Shown: piece by piece, positions 1 to 8,766 of the stretch | Position numbering within the stretch: position 1 is the first letter of the stretch | How the letters are laid out: each line of letters starts with the position of its first letter | From: Caldilineaceae bacterium | GTDB lineage: Bacteria > Chloroflexota > Anaerolineae > Caldilineales > Caldilineaceae | Reading direction: 5' to 3' | Length of the DNA: 64,000 bases | Assembly (NCBI GenBank): GCA_040381095.1 | Contig: JBEIHV010000001.1 | Location: 32,951-96,950 of the forward strand | Position numbers and translations under genes: made by a program | Notes under the pieces: generated by a model | The model's database searches: none | What the model was told of the DNA's origin: nothing | What the model saw: the letters and a program-made list of their open reading frames with translations, nothing else

Positions 1-681
1 GACGAGCCGACCCGCTGGACGGGAGTTGCGCCCGGCTTTGACAGCATCGAAGCCCTGCCGTCTGGTGCCCGGGTACAGCTGCTGTGGGCTTTTGATTCGG
101 CGACTGTCGGCGAAATGGCGCTGGTGAGCGGGCCGGTGCTGCGCCATCTGGCCGCCCGCAGGGCCAGGGTCGATGCCTCTTCCTTGCTCCCGACCGGGCC
201 GGCAACCGCCCAGCGTCTGCTCAGCCGTATCGACCCGGAACAGACGCTTTGGGGGGCACCTGACCGCGCGTCTCCAGTGCCCTCTGTCCGTTTTCTGCCC
301 GGCGGCGCCGCTGTGTTGCCGCTCCTGGCAGCACAGCCCGCAGATCTGGCCGTGCTCCTGGCGGCACAGGCCGAGGATGTCCAGCATTGGCTGGAGCAGG
401 TGACGCCCCGCAACCAGGTTCCGGTGCTGGCGGTGACAGCCGCAGGTGCCGACCTGCCGCTGCGGCCTTACCTGGAGAGCGGACAGCTCGTCGGGCTGGT
501 CAGCGGCTTCGACGGCGCCTATCAGTACAATGAACTGTTGGGCCAGCCCTCCGCAGCTGCCGATGTCCCGTTGTTGCGCCGACAAATTGTAGGCCAGAGT
601 TACGGAGCGATCACACTGTTGGCCATTGTGCTGCTTGGCAACTTTGTCGCCTGGCTGGCCGGGAGACCCCGTGAACGCTGA
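1..681 (+). CDS. hypothetical protein, 5' end outside the window
   Basis: Frame 1 is open from nt 1 into the listed 115..681 ORF, so the gene starts upstream. The C-terminus is hydrophobic (AITLLAIVLLGNFVAWLAG). No family recognised. Confidence 0.4.
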   Translation, partial: DEPTRWTGVAPGFDSIEALPSGARVQLLWAFDSATVGEMALVSGPVLRHLAARRARVDASSLLPTGPATAQRLLSRIDPEQTLWGAPDRASPVPSVRFLPGGAAVLPLLAAQPADLAVLLAAQAEDVQHWLEQVTPRNQVPVLAVTAAGADLPLRPYLESGQLVGLVSGFDGAYQYNELLGQPSAAADVPLLRRQIVGQSYGAITLLAIVLLGNFVAWLAGRPRER

Positions 682-1453
682 CGCGCTGCTGCCGGCCGGC
701 TGGGCGGCAGGCGCCGGGCTGTGGGTCGGCTTTGTCTTTACATTGTTGATCTTCAGCGCGCTGTTGGGCGACCATCTGCTGGCCCGCCTGGCCCAGTATG
801 TGCTGGTCGGTGCTCTCCTCGGCTATACAGTGGTCGTCACCTGGCAGTCGATCCTGGCATCGCCCTGGGTCGCCGCGCTGCACGCTGCGCCCTGGACACC
901 GCGCTGGCAGTGGGTCCCCGCAGCAGGCGCAGCCCTCCTGGCAGTGGCAGGTCTAGGCCGCATCCTGGCCCAGTCTGGCCTGCGCCCGCCCGCCCGCCGC
1001 TGGCTGGAAGCGCTGCGCCTGCTCGGGGCTCTGCCAGCCCTGGGCCTGGCTGCTGCGGCCGCCGCACTGGCCCTGACCGGCTCGATTCAAGGAACGCTGG
1101 GCCCCCAGTTCCTGCACGCAGCCCAGAATGGCCTGGCCTGGGGAGCTCCCTGGGCGACGCTGGCCAGCAACTTTGTCGCCCTGCTGCTGACTGCCGCTGC
1201 CCTGGTTGCCCTGGTCACGGACCCTGCACAACATCTGACCGGTCAGCCAGCCTGGGCCCAGCGTCTGCTGCGCGGCTGGATCTGGCTGGGCCAGCGCGCG
1301 CTCTGGCTGGCTGCCGGCGCGCTCTTCGCCCGGCTCTTTGCCTCCCGCCTCAGTTTGTGGGTCGCCGAAGTCACCTACTGGACAGAGGCGATCCAGTCTA
1401 CCGAACTCGGCCAACAGATCGAGCGATGGTGGCGGTTGTGGATGGGAACATAA
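671..1453 (+). CDS. hypothetical polytopic membrane protein
   Basis: ORF 626..1453. An in-frame GTG at 671 overlaps the upstream stop (679-681) by 11 nt; 626 is the alternative start. Several Leu/Ala/Trp-rich hydrophobic segments. No family recognised. Confidence 0.45.
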   Translation: MNADALLPAGWAAGAGLWVGFVFTLLIFSALLGDHLLARLAQYVLVGALLGYTVVVTWQSILASPWVAALHAAPWTPRWQWVPAAGAALLAVAGLGRILAQSGLRPPARRWLEALRLLGALPALGLAAAAAALALTGSIQGTLGPQFLHAAQNGLAWGAPWATLASNFVALLLTAAALVALVTDPAQHLTGQPAWAQRLLRGWIWLGQRALWLAAGALFARLFASRLSLWVAEVTYWTEAIQSTELGQQIERWWRLWMGT

Positions 1454-1457
1454 CACA

Positions 1458-2657
1458 ATGGCAACACGTTCGTCGGGTGCGGCCGCAGGAACCCAGCCTG
1501 GGGCTCCTTCCCACGGGTCTATTCTGGCCGTTGGGGTAGAGCTCAACAGGGTACGTGCCTGTCTGCTCGAAGAAGTCGGCGGCGTCTATCGCCTTGCTGC
1601 CTGGCATAGCCTTGCCCGAACACGGGAGACCAATCTGGCGGCCCTCAGTGCCGAGCTCTGCCTCCAGCTTGGCACCCGCATCGGCCGGCAGCTGGTCGAT
1701 GCGCCCGGCCTGGCTCCCTTCCACGCCGACGACGATGCCGTCCACTCCCCTCCGATCGAGCATGTGGCCGTGGCTGCCAGCCCTTCTCCCCAGCTGCGCG
1801 TCTGGATCGCCGGCCTTTCCCTGGGCCAAAGCATGGCTGCAGCCTATGAAGCCTTGTGCAGCAGCCCGGCCCATCTGATCGGCCATACGGTGCTGGGCCC
1901 TGCCCTGCAGGTCACTGCTCTGGCCGAATCCCTGGTCACCGCCGCCCCTGACCTGCTGGTGATCGCCGGTGGGTTCGACGACCCCAGCCCGGCTACCCAC
2001 CATGCCTTGGTCGAACTGAGCCGTCTGCTGGGCCGGGCTCTGCATCGGCTGGCTCCTGCCCAACGCCCGGCAGTCGTTTACGCAGGCAACCGCTGGGCTG
2101 CCCCCCACGCCGCCGAGGCTGTCCAGGCTGCCGGCGGCGGCACCGTTGAGGCGGTTGCCAACGTCCAACCCGCTCCCGGTCTTTTGCAAAAAACAGCCCT
2201 TGTCCAAGCCTGCCACTTCCAGTACGGGCGCCTCTGCCGCCGCACCCCTGGCTTCCGCGAACTCAGCCGCTGGGTGACCCCGCCCGGCCACATGCTCAGC
2301 CAGGAGAGCAGCTTCACCCAGCTGGTGCGCCTCTGGATGGAACTGCACGAGCTCCCTGCGCTGCACGGACTCTACTGTGCGCCACTTTGGTGGCTGCATG
2401 TCTGGGCAACCCGCGACGAGCCCGGCGTGCAGATCCGCTTTGTCGAGCCCCAGACCTCCCCCCCAGACGTCCAGAGCTGGCCCCCCCTCCAGCTGGTCAG
2501 CGGAGAATGGCCCCTGACCCTCTGGCCCCAACCCGACCTCTTCTGGTGGGATCGCAGCGGGATGGTCCCTCTGGTTGCTGCGGTCGGCCAGAGCGCCCCC
2601 CAAGCCATGCTCGAAACCCTGCACAGCGATCTGCTGCGCCCCTACCGCCCCCAATGA
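1458..2657 (+). CDS. hypothetical protein, possibly a divergent GlmL/MutL-like actin-fold ATPase
   Basis: The ATG at 1458 lies 4 nt after the upstream stop; the listed ORF starts at 1338. N-terminal SILAVGVELNRVRACLLEEVGGVYRLAA, plus LLVIAGGFDD and PAVVYAGN, resemble the GlmL-family pattern (ILAiDiGST.., GGtDgG, pVvyAGN) but are degenerate. Confidence 0.35.
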   Translation: MATRSSGAAAGTQPGAPSHGSILAVGVELNRVRACLLEEVGGVYRLAAWHSLARTRETNLAALSAELCLQLGTRIGRQLVDAPGLAPFHADDDAVHSPPIEHVAVAASPSPQLRVWIAGLSLGQSMAAAYEALCSSPAHLIGHTVLGPALQVTALAESLVTAAPDLLVIAGGFDDPSPATHHALVELSRLLGRALHRLAPAQRPAVVYAGNRWAAPHAAEAVQAAGGGTVEAVANVQPAPGLLQKTALVQACHFQYGRLCRRTPGFRELSRWVTPPGHMLSQESSFTQLVRLWMELHELPALHGLYCAPLWWLHVWATRDEPGVQIRFVEPQTSPPDVQSWPPLQLVSGEWPLTLWPQPDLFWWDRSGMVPLVAAVGQSAPQAMLETLHSDLLRPYRPQ

Positions 2658-2743
2658 GAGAGAAACCGCCGATTTTGCTTGGAAAATTGTTTAATATCAA
2701 AATAGTTTTTGAAGATCGTTGACCAGCGAAAAGGAGATTTTTT

Positions 2744-3382
2744 ATGCAAAGCGCCCATACAAGTGTTCACGAAGCCAGACATGCCGTCACAGACCATCCG
2801 ATTCATCCGCTGTTGGAGGCGCGCTGGAGCCCGCGCGCCTTTGCCGGGCGTGCGGTCGAAGCTGACAAACTGCGCGCGCTGTTGGAAGCTGCCCGCTGGG
2901 CGCCTTCGAGCGCCAACGGGCAGCCGTGGCATTTTCTGCTGGGGGTGCAGGGCAACCCCACGCACGAACAGCTGGCGGGCGTCCTCAAAGAGAGCAATCG
3001 GACCTGGGCGGCACGGGCCCCTGTTTTGTTGTTGGCTGTGGCTCGGTCGACGACCCTCAGCGGCCAGCCCAGCGCACACGCCTTCTACGATGTCGGTCTG
3101 GCTGTCGCCAATCTGACTGTACAGGCCACTGCGCTGGATCTCTATGTCCACCAGATGGCTGGTTTTTTTCCTGACCGTGCCCGTGCAGAATTTGCGATCC
3201 CGGAGGAGTACAGCCCGGTGACGGTGCTGGCCATCGGCTATCTGGGCGACCCGGAGCAGCTGGATGCGCAGCAGCAGGAGCGAGAGCGGGCCCCCCGTCA
3301 GCGGCGTCTGCTGGCAGAATTTGTTTTTGAAGGGAGCTGGGGCCAGCCTGCTCAGCTGGTTCAGCCCAGCGAAGAGAGGTAG
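2744..3382 (+). CDS. nitroreductase family protein
   Basis: 212-aa ORF with AAGGAG at 2731-2736. HPLLEARWSPRAF and APSSANGQPWHF motifs are typical of the nitroreductase superfamily. Confidence 0.85.
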   Translation: MQSAHTSVHEARHAVTDHPIHPLLEARWSPRAFAGRAVEADKLRALLEAARWAPSSANGQPWHFLLGVQGNPTHEQLAGVLKESNRTWAARAPVLLLAVARSTTLSGQPSAHAFYDVGLAVANLTVQATALDLYVHQMAGFFPDRARAEFAIPEEYSPVTVLAIGYLGDPEQLDAQQQERERAPRQRRLLAEFVFEGSWGQPAQLVQPSEER

Positions 3383-3444
3383 GCGTACGGGCGGCGGTGC
3401 TCTGCTGCCGGGCATGTCGGTAAGATGCCCGGCAGCAGAGGGGG

Positions 3445-4680
3445 TCAGCGTTGGTGCTGGCGGATCACAGCGGCGATGTATTCGATTTCGGCGACCGTCA
3501 ACGAAGAAGCAGAGGGCAGATAGAACCCCCGTTGGCAGAGGGTTTCTGCAACCGGGTAGCGTTCGCCGAGAAACTGTTTCCAGTAGACTGGCTGGCAGTG
3601 CATGGGGATGAAGAACGTGCGGGTTTCGACGCCGTGGTCGGCCAGCACGCGACGCAGTGCGTCGCGGTCCATCCCGTACTCTTTTTCGTCGACCAAAATG
3701 CCGTACATCCAGTAGACATTCTTGGCCCAGGGCGCCTCGGCTGGGGTTCGGATGCCTGGAATTCCATGCAGGCGGCAGGTATATTCCAGGGCATTGCGTC
3801 GGCGCGCGGCGACAAATCCATCCAGCTGTTCGACCTGGGCCAGCCCGACTGCCGCCTGCAGGTTGGTCATCCGGTAGTTGAAGCCGACAAATTTGTGCCA
3901 GAAATGGCGTTCATGGCTGAAGGCATGGTCGCGCAGGTTCCAGGCCAGCTTGGCCAGCGTGCGGTCCTGGGTGGTGATCATGCCGCCTTCGCCGGTGGTG
4001 ATAATCTTGTTGCCGTAAAAGCTGAAGCCCGCCGCGTGCCCCAGCCCGCCCGTCCGCCGTCCTTTGTATTCGGCGCCGTGGGCTTCGGCCGCATCTTCGA
4101 TCACGGTCAGGCCGTGCTCTTCGGCCAGCGCCATCAGCGGGTCCATGTCGACCGGGTGGCCGTAGATGTGTACGGGCACGATCGCTTTGGTGCGTGGGGT
4201 AATTTTGTCTGCCAGCTGGTTGAGGTCCATCTGCCAGTAGGTCGGTTCCATGTCGACCAGCACCGGCCGGGCACCGCAGTAGGTCACTGCGTTGGCTGTG
4301 GCGATCATGGTAAAGGTCGGGATGATCACCTCGTCGCCGGGTTCGAGGCCGAGGGTGGCCATGGCCAGGTGCATGGCGACGGTGCCGTTGGCACAGGCGA
4401 TCCCGTACTGGACACCGCAGACTTCGGCGAAGCGGGTTTCAAAGTCACGGATATACTGTCCAGCCGACGAGATCCAGTTGCTTTCGATGGCATGCTGGAC
4501 ATACTTCATTTCGTTGCCGCCCAAAGTCGGTTCGCAGACTGGGATGATCGACCGTCTCGGGCTCTCCCCAAACTCGGGGATGGCTCGGTAGGTGAGTTTG
4601 ACTTCTGGGTCGGCGGCTGGGATGAACTGAGCCAGTTCGCCCATCTCGGCCAGGGACAATTCAGCAGGCTGTAACATCAT
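3445..4680 (-). CDS. DegT/DnrJ/EryC1/StrS-family PLP-dependent sugar aminotransferase
   Basis: 411-aa ORF. Motifs: CANGTVAMHLAMATLGLEPGDEVIIP, and SFYGNKIITTGEGGMI containing the PLP-lysine context. N-terminal extension of about 45 aa relative to the usual family start. Confidence 0.9.
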   Translation of the reverse strand: MMLQPAELSLAEMGELAQFIPAADPEVKLTYRAIPEFGESPRRSIIPVCEPTLGGNEMKYVQHAIESNWISSAGQYIRDFETRFAEVCGVQYGIACANGTVAMHLAMATLGLEPGDEVIIPTFTMIATANAVTYCGARPVLVDMEPTYWQMDLNQLADKITPRTKAIVPVHIYGHPVDMDPLMALAEEHGLTVIEDAAEAHGAEYKGRRTGGLGHAAGFSFYGNKIITTGEGGMITTQDRTLAKLAWNLRDHAFSHERHFWHKFVGFNYRMTNLQAAVGLAQVEQLDGFVAARRRNALEYTCRLHGIPGIRTPAEAPWAKNVYWMYGILVDEKEYGMDRDALRRVLADHGVETRTFFIPMHCQPVYWKQFLGERYPVAETLCQRGFYLPSASSLTVAEIEYIAAVIRQHQR

Positions 4681-4692
4681 GGATTCCTCTCT

Positions 4693-5454
4693 TTACATGC
4701 GATGGGCCAGTTCCCAGACAGTTGCCACATATTTGCGTCCTTTGCTCAGGTAGTCCCAGAGATGGACCCCGGTCTTGCTGACCCCGGCAGTGCGGGGGAC
4801 GCAGACATAGGGCACCTCTTGGACGACAAACCCGCTGCGCACTGCGCGTGCCAGCAGGTCGATGCAGTACTCGCCGTAGTCGCCGCGCAGACGCAAGGTC
4901 CGCAGGCACTCTGCTCGTGCGGCGATAAAGCCGCTGGTGTAGTCGTGGACGGCGTTGCCCAGCAGCTGAGTCGCCATTCCGTTGAGGGCGCGGCTCAACG
5001 TGCGTGCCACCCAGCCATGGGCCTGGTCAGCCCCGCCAACAACCCAGCGGGAGCCGACAGCCAGGTCAGCGCCCCCGTCGACTACAGCGGCGACGAGCCT
5101 GGCGACCTCGGCTGGCGGCATTGACAGGTCGCAGTCCATCCAGGTGACGACATCGGCGCCGAAGGTGGTCAGGGCAAAGTCGATGCCAGCCTGGATGGCC
5201 GAGGTCAGCCCGCTCTGCCCGTTGCGTACATAGAGGGCAACCTGCATGGCGCCAGCAGCATTGTGACGCCGTGCGATCGCCCGCACCACCTCCGCTGTTC
5301 CGTCCGGCGAGTTGTCATCGACTACCAATACCATATGGGGCCCGGTTCTGTTGGTGAGAATGCCTTCGATCAACGGCTCGATGTTGTCTCGTTCGTTGTA
5401 GGTGGGCAGCACGGTACAGACCAGCATGTTTTTTTTCCTTGTAAGGGGCGGCAT
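4693..5454 (-). CDS. family-2 glycosyltransferase, polyprenol-phosphate sugar synthase type (DPM1/Ppm1/ArnC-like)
   Basis: The C-terminal 253 aa of the listed 420-aa ORF carry LPTYNERDNIEPL and VLVVDDNSPDGT. The upstream 167 aa are Arg/Pro/Ala-rich and overlap the methyltransferase gene, so the start was moved to the ATG at 5454 (alternative 5427). Confidence 0.85.
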   Translation of the reverse strand: MPPLTRKKNMLVCTVLPTYNERDNIEPLIEGILTNRTGPHMVLVVDDNSPDGTAEVVRAIARRHNAAGAMQVALYVRNGQSGLTSAIQAGIDFALTTFGADVVTWMDCDLSMPPAEVARLVAAVVDGGADLAVGSRWVVGGADQAHGWVARTLSRALNGMATQLLGNAVHDYTSGFIAARAECLRTLRLRGDYGEYCIDLLARAVRSGFVVQEVPYVCVPRTAGVSKTGVHLWDYLSKGRKYVATVWELAHRM

Positions 5455-5471
5455 CGTTTCCCGGCAGAGTT

Positions 5472-6212
5472 TCACAGACGGCGGGCCACGACCAAAAGGC
5501 TGATGCCCCATGGAAGGTCGTGGCGGCGCAGCCACGCGGCCTCGCTGTGCAGGGGTGTGGCGAGCAGATGGTGGGGCTGTGTGCCTGTGTAGAGGCTTTC
5601 TGAAAAGGGCAGCACCCCCCAACGCTGGCCCAGCCGCACCGCCGCCACTGCTGGGGCCAGCAGACAATTGGCGTAGGTAACCCGCTGGGGCAGCAGCCCG
5701 GCACGGCGCACCAGGCGGACAAATTCGTCGCGCGTGTAGCGTCGTCCGGTGCCAAAAGCGACATCGTGTGGCCCGTAGAGCCCGGGATGGGCGCTGACCC
5801 GCAGCAGCGCTGCCCCTCCCGGCCGCAGCAGATTGTGGATCTGCGCCAGCGCCAGTTCGGCGTCGACTCCGGCCTGGTCGAGGACATCGAGCGCAGCGAT
5901 CAGGGCAAACGTGGCCGCTGCAAACGGCAATGCCAGCAAATTGCCGTTCACCCAAAGACCGGCGGCGCGGCGGCGGGCAGAGAGCAGCGCGTCCCCGCGC
6001 AGATCGAGCCCGACCACCGGGGAATCAGTTCCGGCCAGAGCGGCCAGTTCCCGCACAAAAGCCCCGCCGCCACAGCCCAGCTCCAGCTGGGGGCCAGATG
6101 GAACTGCGACGCCGGCCAGAACGGCATGGCTGATCGCCCGCATCCCGGTATTCCAGCCCCCAGCCTCGTCCGCTGCATAGAGCGTGGGCAGCAGTGTTCC
6201 AGCATCATTCAA
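5472..6212 (-). CDS. class I SAM-dependent methyltransferase
   Basis: 246-aa ORF. Motif I is LELGCGGGAFVREL, with an acidic post-I residue (VVGLDL). It overlaps the upstream GT39 gene by 8 nt. Confidence 0.75.
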   Translation of the reverse strand: MNDAGTLLPTLYAADEAGGWNTGMRAISHAVLAGVAVPSGPQLELGCGGGAFVRELAALAGTDSPVVGLDLRGDALLSARRRAAGLWVNGNLLALPFAAATFALIAALDVLDQAGVDAELALAQIHNLLRPGGAALLRVSAHPGLYGPHDVAFGTGRRYTRDEFVRLVRRAGLLPQRVTYANCLLAPAVAAVRLGQRWGVLPFSESLYTGTQPHHLLATPLHSEAAWLRRHDLPWGISLLVVARRL

Positions 6213-8217
6213 GGGTCACCTCTCCGATTGTGTGGTCGCCGCCGGTGTCCGGCAACTGGGCACCGGATTGGTTGTACAGCCCGACTGCCAGCTGGTAACG
6301 GCCGGCGGGCAGGTCGGCGGGCAGCTGCAGCTGGTATTCGTCCAGGATTTTCCAGCCGGCCTGCCAGCGCCGGGTCGGCAGCGAGCCGCCCCCTGGCACG
6401 CTGTCTGTGCCGGCGACTTGCCTCGTCGTGTCTGGAAGGGGTCCGCGCAGATGGACAAAGGTGGTCCATTCCTGCTGCGGGGGCGCGGCCACATCCCAGT
6501 AGAGCTGGACGTACAGGATGCGGCCGCTCTCCAGCACGGCCACCTGGGCATCGTAGCCGGCCAGCCCGATCCCGTCGCCCAGCTCTGCCGCTGCTGCGGT
6601 GGTCGGCGTGCGCTGCAGAGCGCTGCCTGCGGGGCGCAGGTAGCTGTTGGCATAGACCTGTCCCTGCCAGTCTGTGATCGTCTGTACGATCGTCGCATCG
6701 GGCAGCAGTTCCGGGAGCAGCAGCCGGGTACGAAAATCTTCGTTCTCGAGGACAACGTAGATCTCTGGCTGCAGCGTGCGGCCAGCGGTGGCTGGCAGAA
6801 CATGGCGGCCGTCGAACGATACGGGAGGGGGGTGGCTTCCGGGCTGTGTGCTCCAGGCAAAGGCCAGGGTGGGATGGTCTGCGGCGCGCGGCGTCAGATA
6901 GATCTGGCTTCCGGCAGGCTGGGCGGCGATCTGCCGGCCGACCTCCCAGAGTCCTACGTCGAACGCATAGAAAAGATCTGGCAAGGCTGCCCAGCGGACA
7001 AAATAGTCGCGCGCCGAGACCCCGGCCCCTGCGACCAGCAGCAGCACGCTCAGCCAGCCAGCCCAGGCACGGCGCGCGGGCTGGGCCCGGCGCCAGATCC
7101 AGTCGAGCCCCAGCCCGCCCAACAGCGCGACCGGGGCAGTTGCCCCCAACACGCGGTGATAGTGGGGGGCGTGTTCGCTCAGCACCCCGGGCAACAGCAG
7201 GCCGGGCAACAGGAGCAGGGGCAGTGCATGGCTGATGTGGCGAGCATGGCGCACAGCGAGCCCTGCCCCAAACCAGAAGGGAAGCGCCTGCCAGAAATTG
7301 AGCGCTGCCAGCCCAGGCAGATTCCGGCGCGGGTCTGGATCCCCCGCCTGCAGCCACGGCACAAACATCAACAGATAGGCCAGTGCACGCTCGCCCAGGG
7401 TCTGACCTGCACCGCTCTCCCCACCGCCGGCGATCTGTTCCGGGCGCAGCAGAAAGAGTGCCGGCTGCTCCAGCGCGAAGAGCAACAACGGCAGGGCGAG
7501 CAGCAGCGCGACTCCGGCAGCTCCTGCGGAGCCCGCCCAACGCAGGAGGCCGATCCTCCCCCGTGCCCGCCAGACGAGCAGGGCCCAGGCTGCCGCCAAC
7601 AGCAGCGGCAAAATCCAGGCCCCCTGATAGACATAGAGGCTGAGCGCGGTCAGGGCACCAAACCCAAGCAAAGTCTGCCAGCTGTGTGTCCGCCAGCCAC
7701 GCAACAACAGCCAGAGGGCTCCTGCGGCCACCAGCGGCACCAGGATCGGTTCGATCCCCATCCGGCTGAAGTGCAGATGCCAGCGGAGGGTGGCCAGCAG
7801 GCCGGCGGCCAACCAAGGGTATCCTCTGCTGATTCGGGTCGGGTGGAGCTGCCGCAGCTCATCGGCGGCAGCCCACACCGCAGCGACCCCCAGCACCCCG
7901 AACAGGGCGGCAGTCACACGCATCGCCACAGGCCCTGGTTCGCCGCCAAACCAGCCAAACAGACCAAACATCCAGGCATTGGCGTAGGCATTGGCTGGGG
8001 CAACCCCAAAATTTCCGGCCAAAAATACCGGGCGATAGCTTGGATCGGTCCAAATTCGCCAGGCTTCCAATCCCTCAAAAGCTTCATCGAAATGAAACCC
8101 GGGAGGAATGGTATCGATCTGCCAGAGGCGGAGCCCTGCTGCGACAGCCAGCACAGCCACAAACCCGAGCCAACTCCGAGATACGCGCATGGGGCGATTA
8201 TAGCACAAAAGGACCAT
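6205..8217 (-). CDS. family-39/PMT_2-type (ArnT-like) integral-membrane glycosyltransferase
   Basis: 670-aa ORF; alternative start at M10 (nt 8190). N-terminus LRLWQIDTIPPGFHFDEAFEG carries the first-loop D-E motif. About 12 hydrophobic segments, then a soluble C-terminal domain of roughly 170 aa. Confidence 0.8.
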   Translation of the reverse strand: MVLLCYNRPMRVSRSWLGFVAVLAVAAGLRLWQIDTIPPGFHFDEAFEGLEAWRIWTDPSYRPVFLAGNFGVAPANAYANAWMFGLFGWFGGEPGPVAMRVTAALFGVLGVAAVWAAADELRQLHPTRISRGYPWLAAGLLATLRWHLHFSRMGIEPILVPLVAAGALWLLLRGWRTHSWQTLLGFGALTALSLYVYQGAWILPLLLAAAWALLVWRARGRIGLLRWAGSAGAAGVALLLALPLLLFALEQPALFLLRPEQIAGGGESGAGQTLGERALAYLLMFVPWLQAGDPDPRRNLPGLAALNFWQALPFWFGAGLAVRHARHISHALPLLLLPGLLLPGVLSEHAPHYHRVLGATAPVALLGGLGLDWIWRRAQPARRAWAGWLSVLLLVAGAGVSARDYFVRWAALPDLFYAFDVGLWEVGRQIAAQPAGSQIYLTPRAADHPTLAFAWSTQPGSHPPPVSFDGRHVLPATAGRTLQPEIYVVLENEDFRTRLLLPELLPDATIVQTITDWQGQVYANSYLRPAGSALQRTPTTAAAAELGDGIGLAGYDAQVAVLESGRILYVQLYWDVAAPPQQEWTTFVHLRGPLPDTTRQVAGTDSVPGGGSLPTRRWQAGWKILDEYQLQLPADLPAGRYQLAVGLYNQSGAQLPDTGGDHTIGEVTLE

Positions 8218-8311
8218 CTGACTTGGGCAACTGCGTGTGCAGACGGCTTCAACCTGCCGCTCTCCAATAGAGAGCGGGGTTCCTGCAATTGGTTCAAATA
8301 CATGTGAAAAT

Positions 8312-8341
8312 TTGCGCAGAAAAAATGTCGCTTGCTATAAT
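8312..8341 (+). promoter_or_regulatory. candidate sigma-70-type promoter of the atp operon
   Basis: TTGCGC (8312-8317), an 18-nt spacer, then TATAAT (8336-8341) preceded by TGc (extended -10). It lies in the divergent intergenic region, about 70 nt upstream of the atpZ-like ORF. Confidence 0.4.
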
Positions 8342-8412
8342 CTGCAAAGTCTATGTGAAGGTACAGGAAGCCTGTGAGGGGTGCTGAGGTTGTGACGGAC
8401 GCCGAGTGACTT

Positions 8413-8712
8413 GTGTACGACCTGCGCACTGGTTTGGACTGGCGCTTGCTGACCCAATGGTTGCTGTGGACATTGTGGATTCCGGTCGGCACAGCATTTT
8501 TGTTGGACCGTTGGTTGGACACGTCGCCTTATCTGCTGTTAGGCACCGGAATTTTTTGTATTCCGCTGGCGACGATCGTGGTATTGCGCAGGGTGTTGTG
8601 GCAGCTTGATCGAGTCATCGAATGGGTTGCCCCGCCGGACGAAAATAAATCTAAAAATGGCTGTGCTGGTGGCTCAGACGATTTACCAGACACAGACAAA
8701 ACGACCCTTTAG
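8413..8712 (+). CDS. AtpZ/AtpI-like small membrane protein of the ATP synthase operon
   Basis: 99-aa ORF immediately upstream of atpB, with two hydrophobic helices. VGTAFLLDRWLDTSPYLLLGTGIF fits the AtpZ pattern G..lD.wlgT.P...l.G...G. Confidence 0.45.
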   Translation: MYDLRTGLDWRLLTQWLLWTLWIPVGTAFLLDRWLDTSPYLLLGTGIFCIPLATIVVLRRVLWQLDRVIEWVAPPDENKSKNGCAGGSDDLPDTDKTTL

Positions 8713-8766
8713 TTCGCCAGCCGGTTGCCGGCCCATCACCTTGTTACCGAAGGAGCATTCTGCACC

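Noticed and set aside
6184-8307. A 707-aa + strand ORF and a 535-aa minus-strand ORF overlapping the GT39 gene.
   Set aside because: They are alternative frames of the same GC-rich region. Only the 6205..8217 minus frame gives a coherent polytopic membrane protein with the ArnT/PMT first-loop motif.
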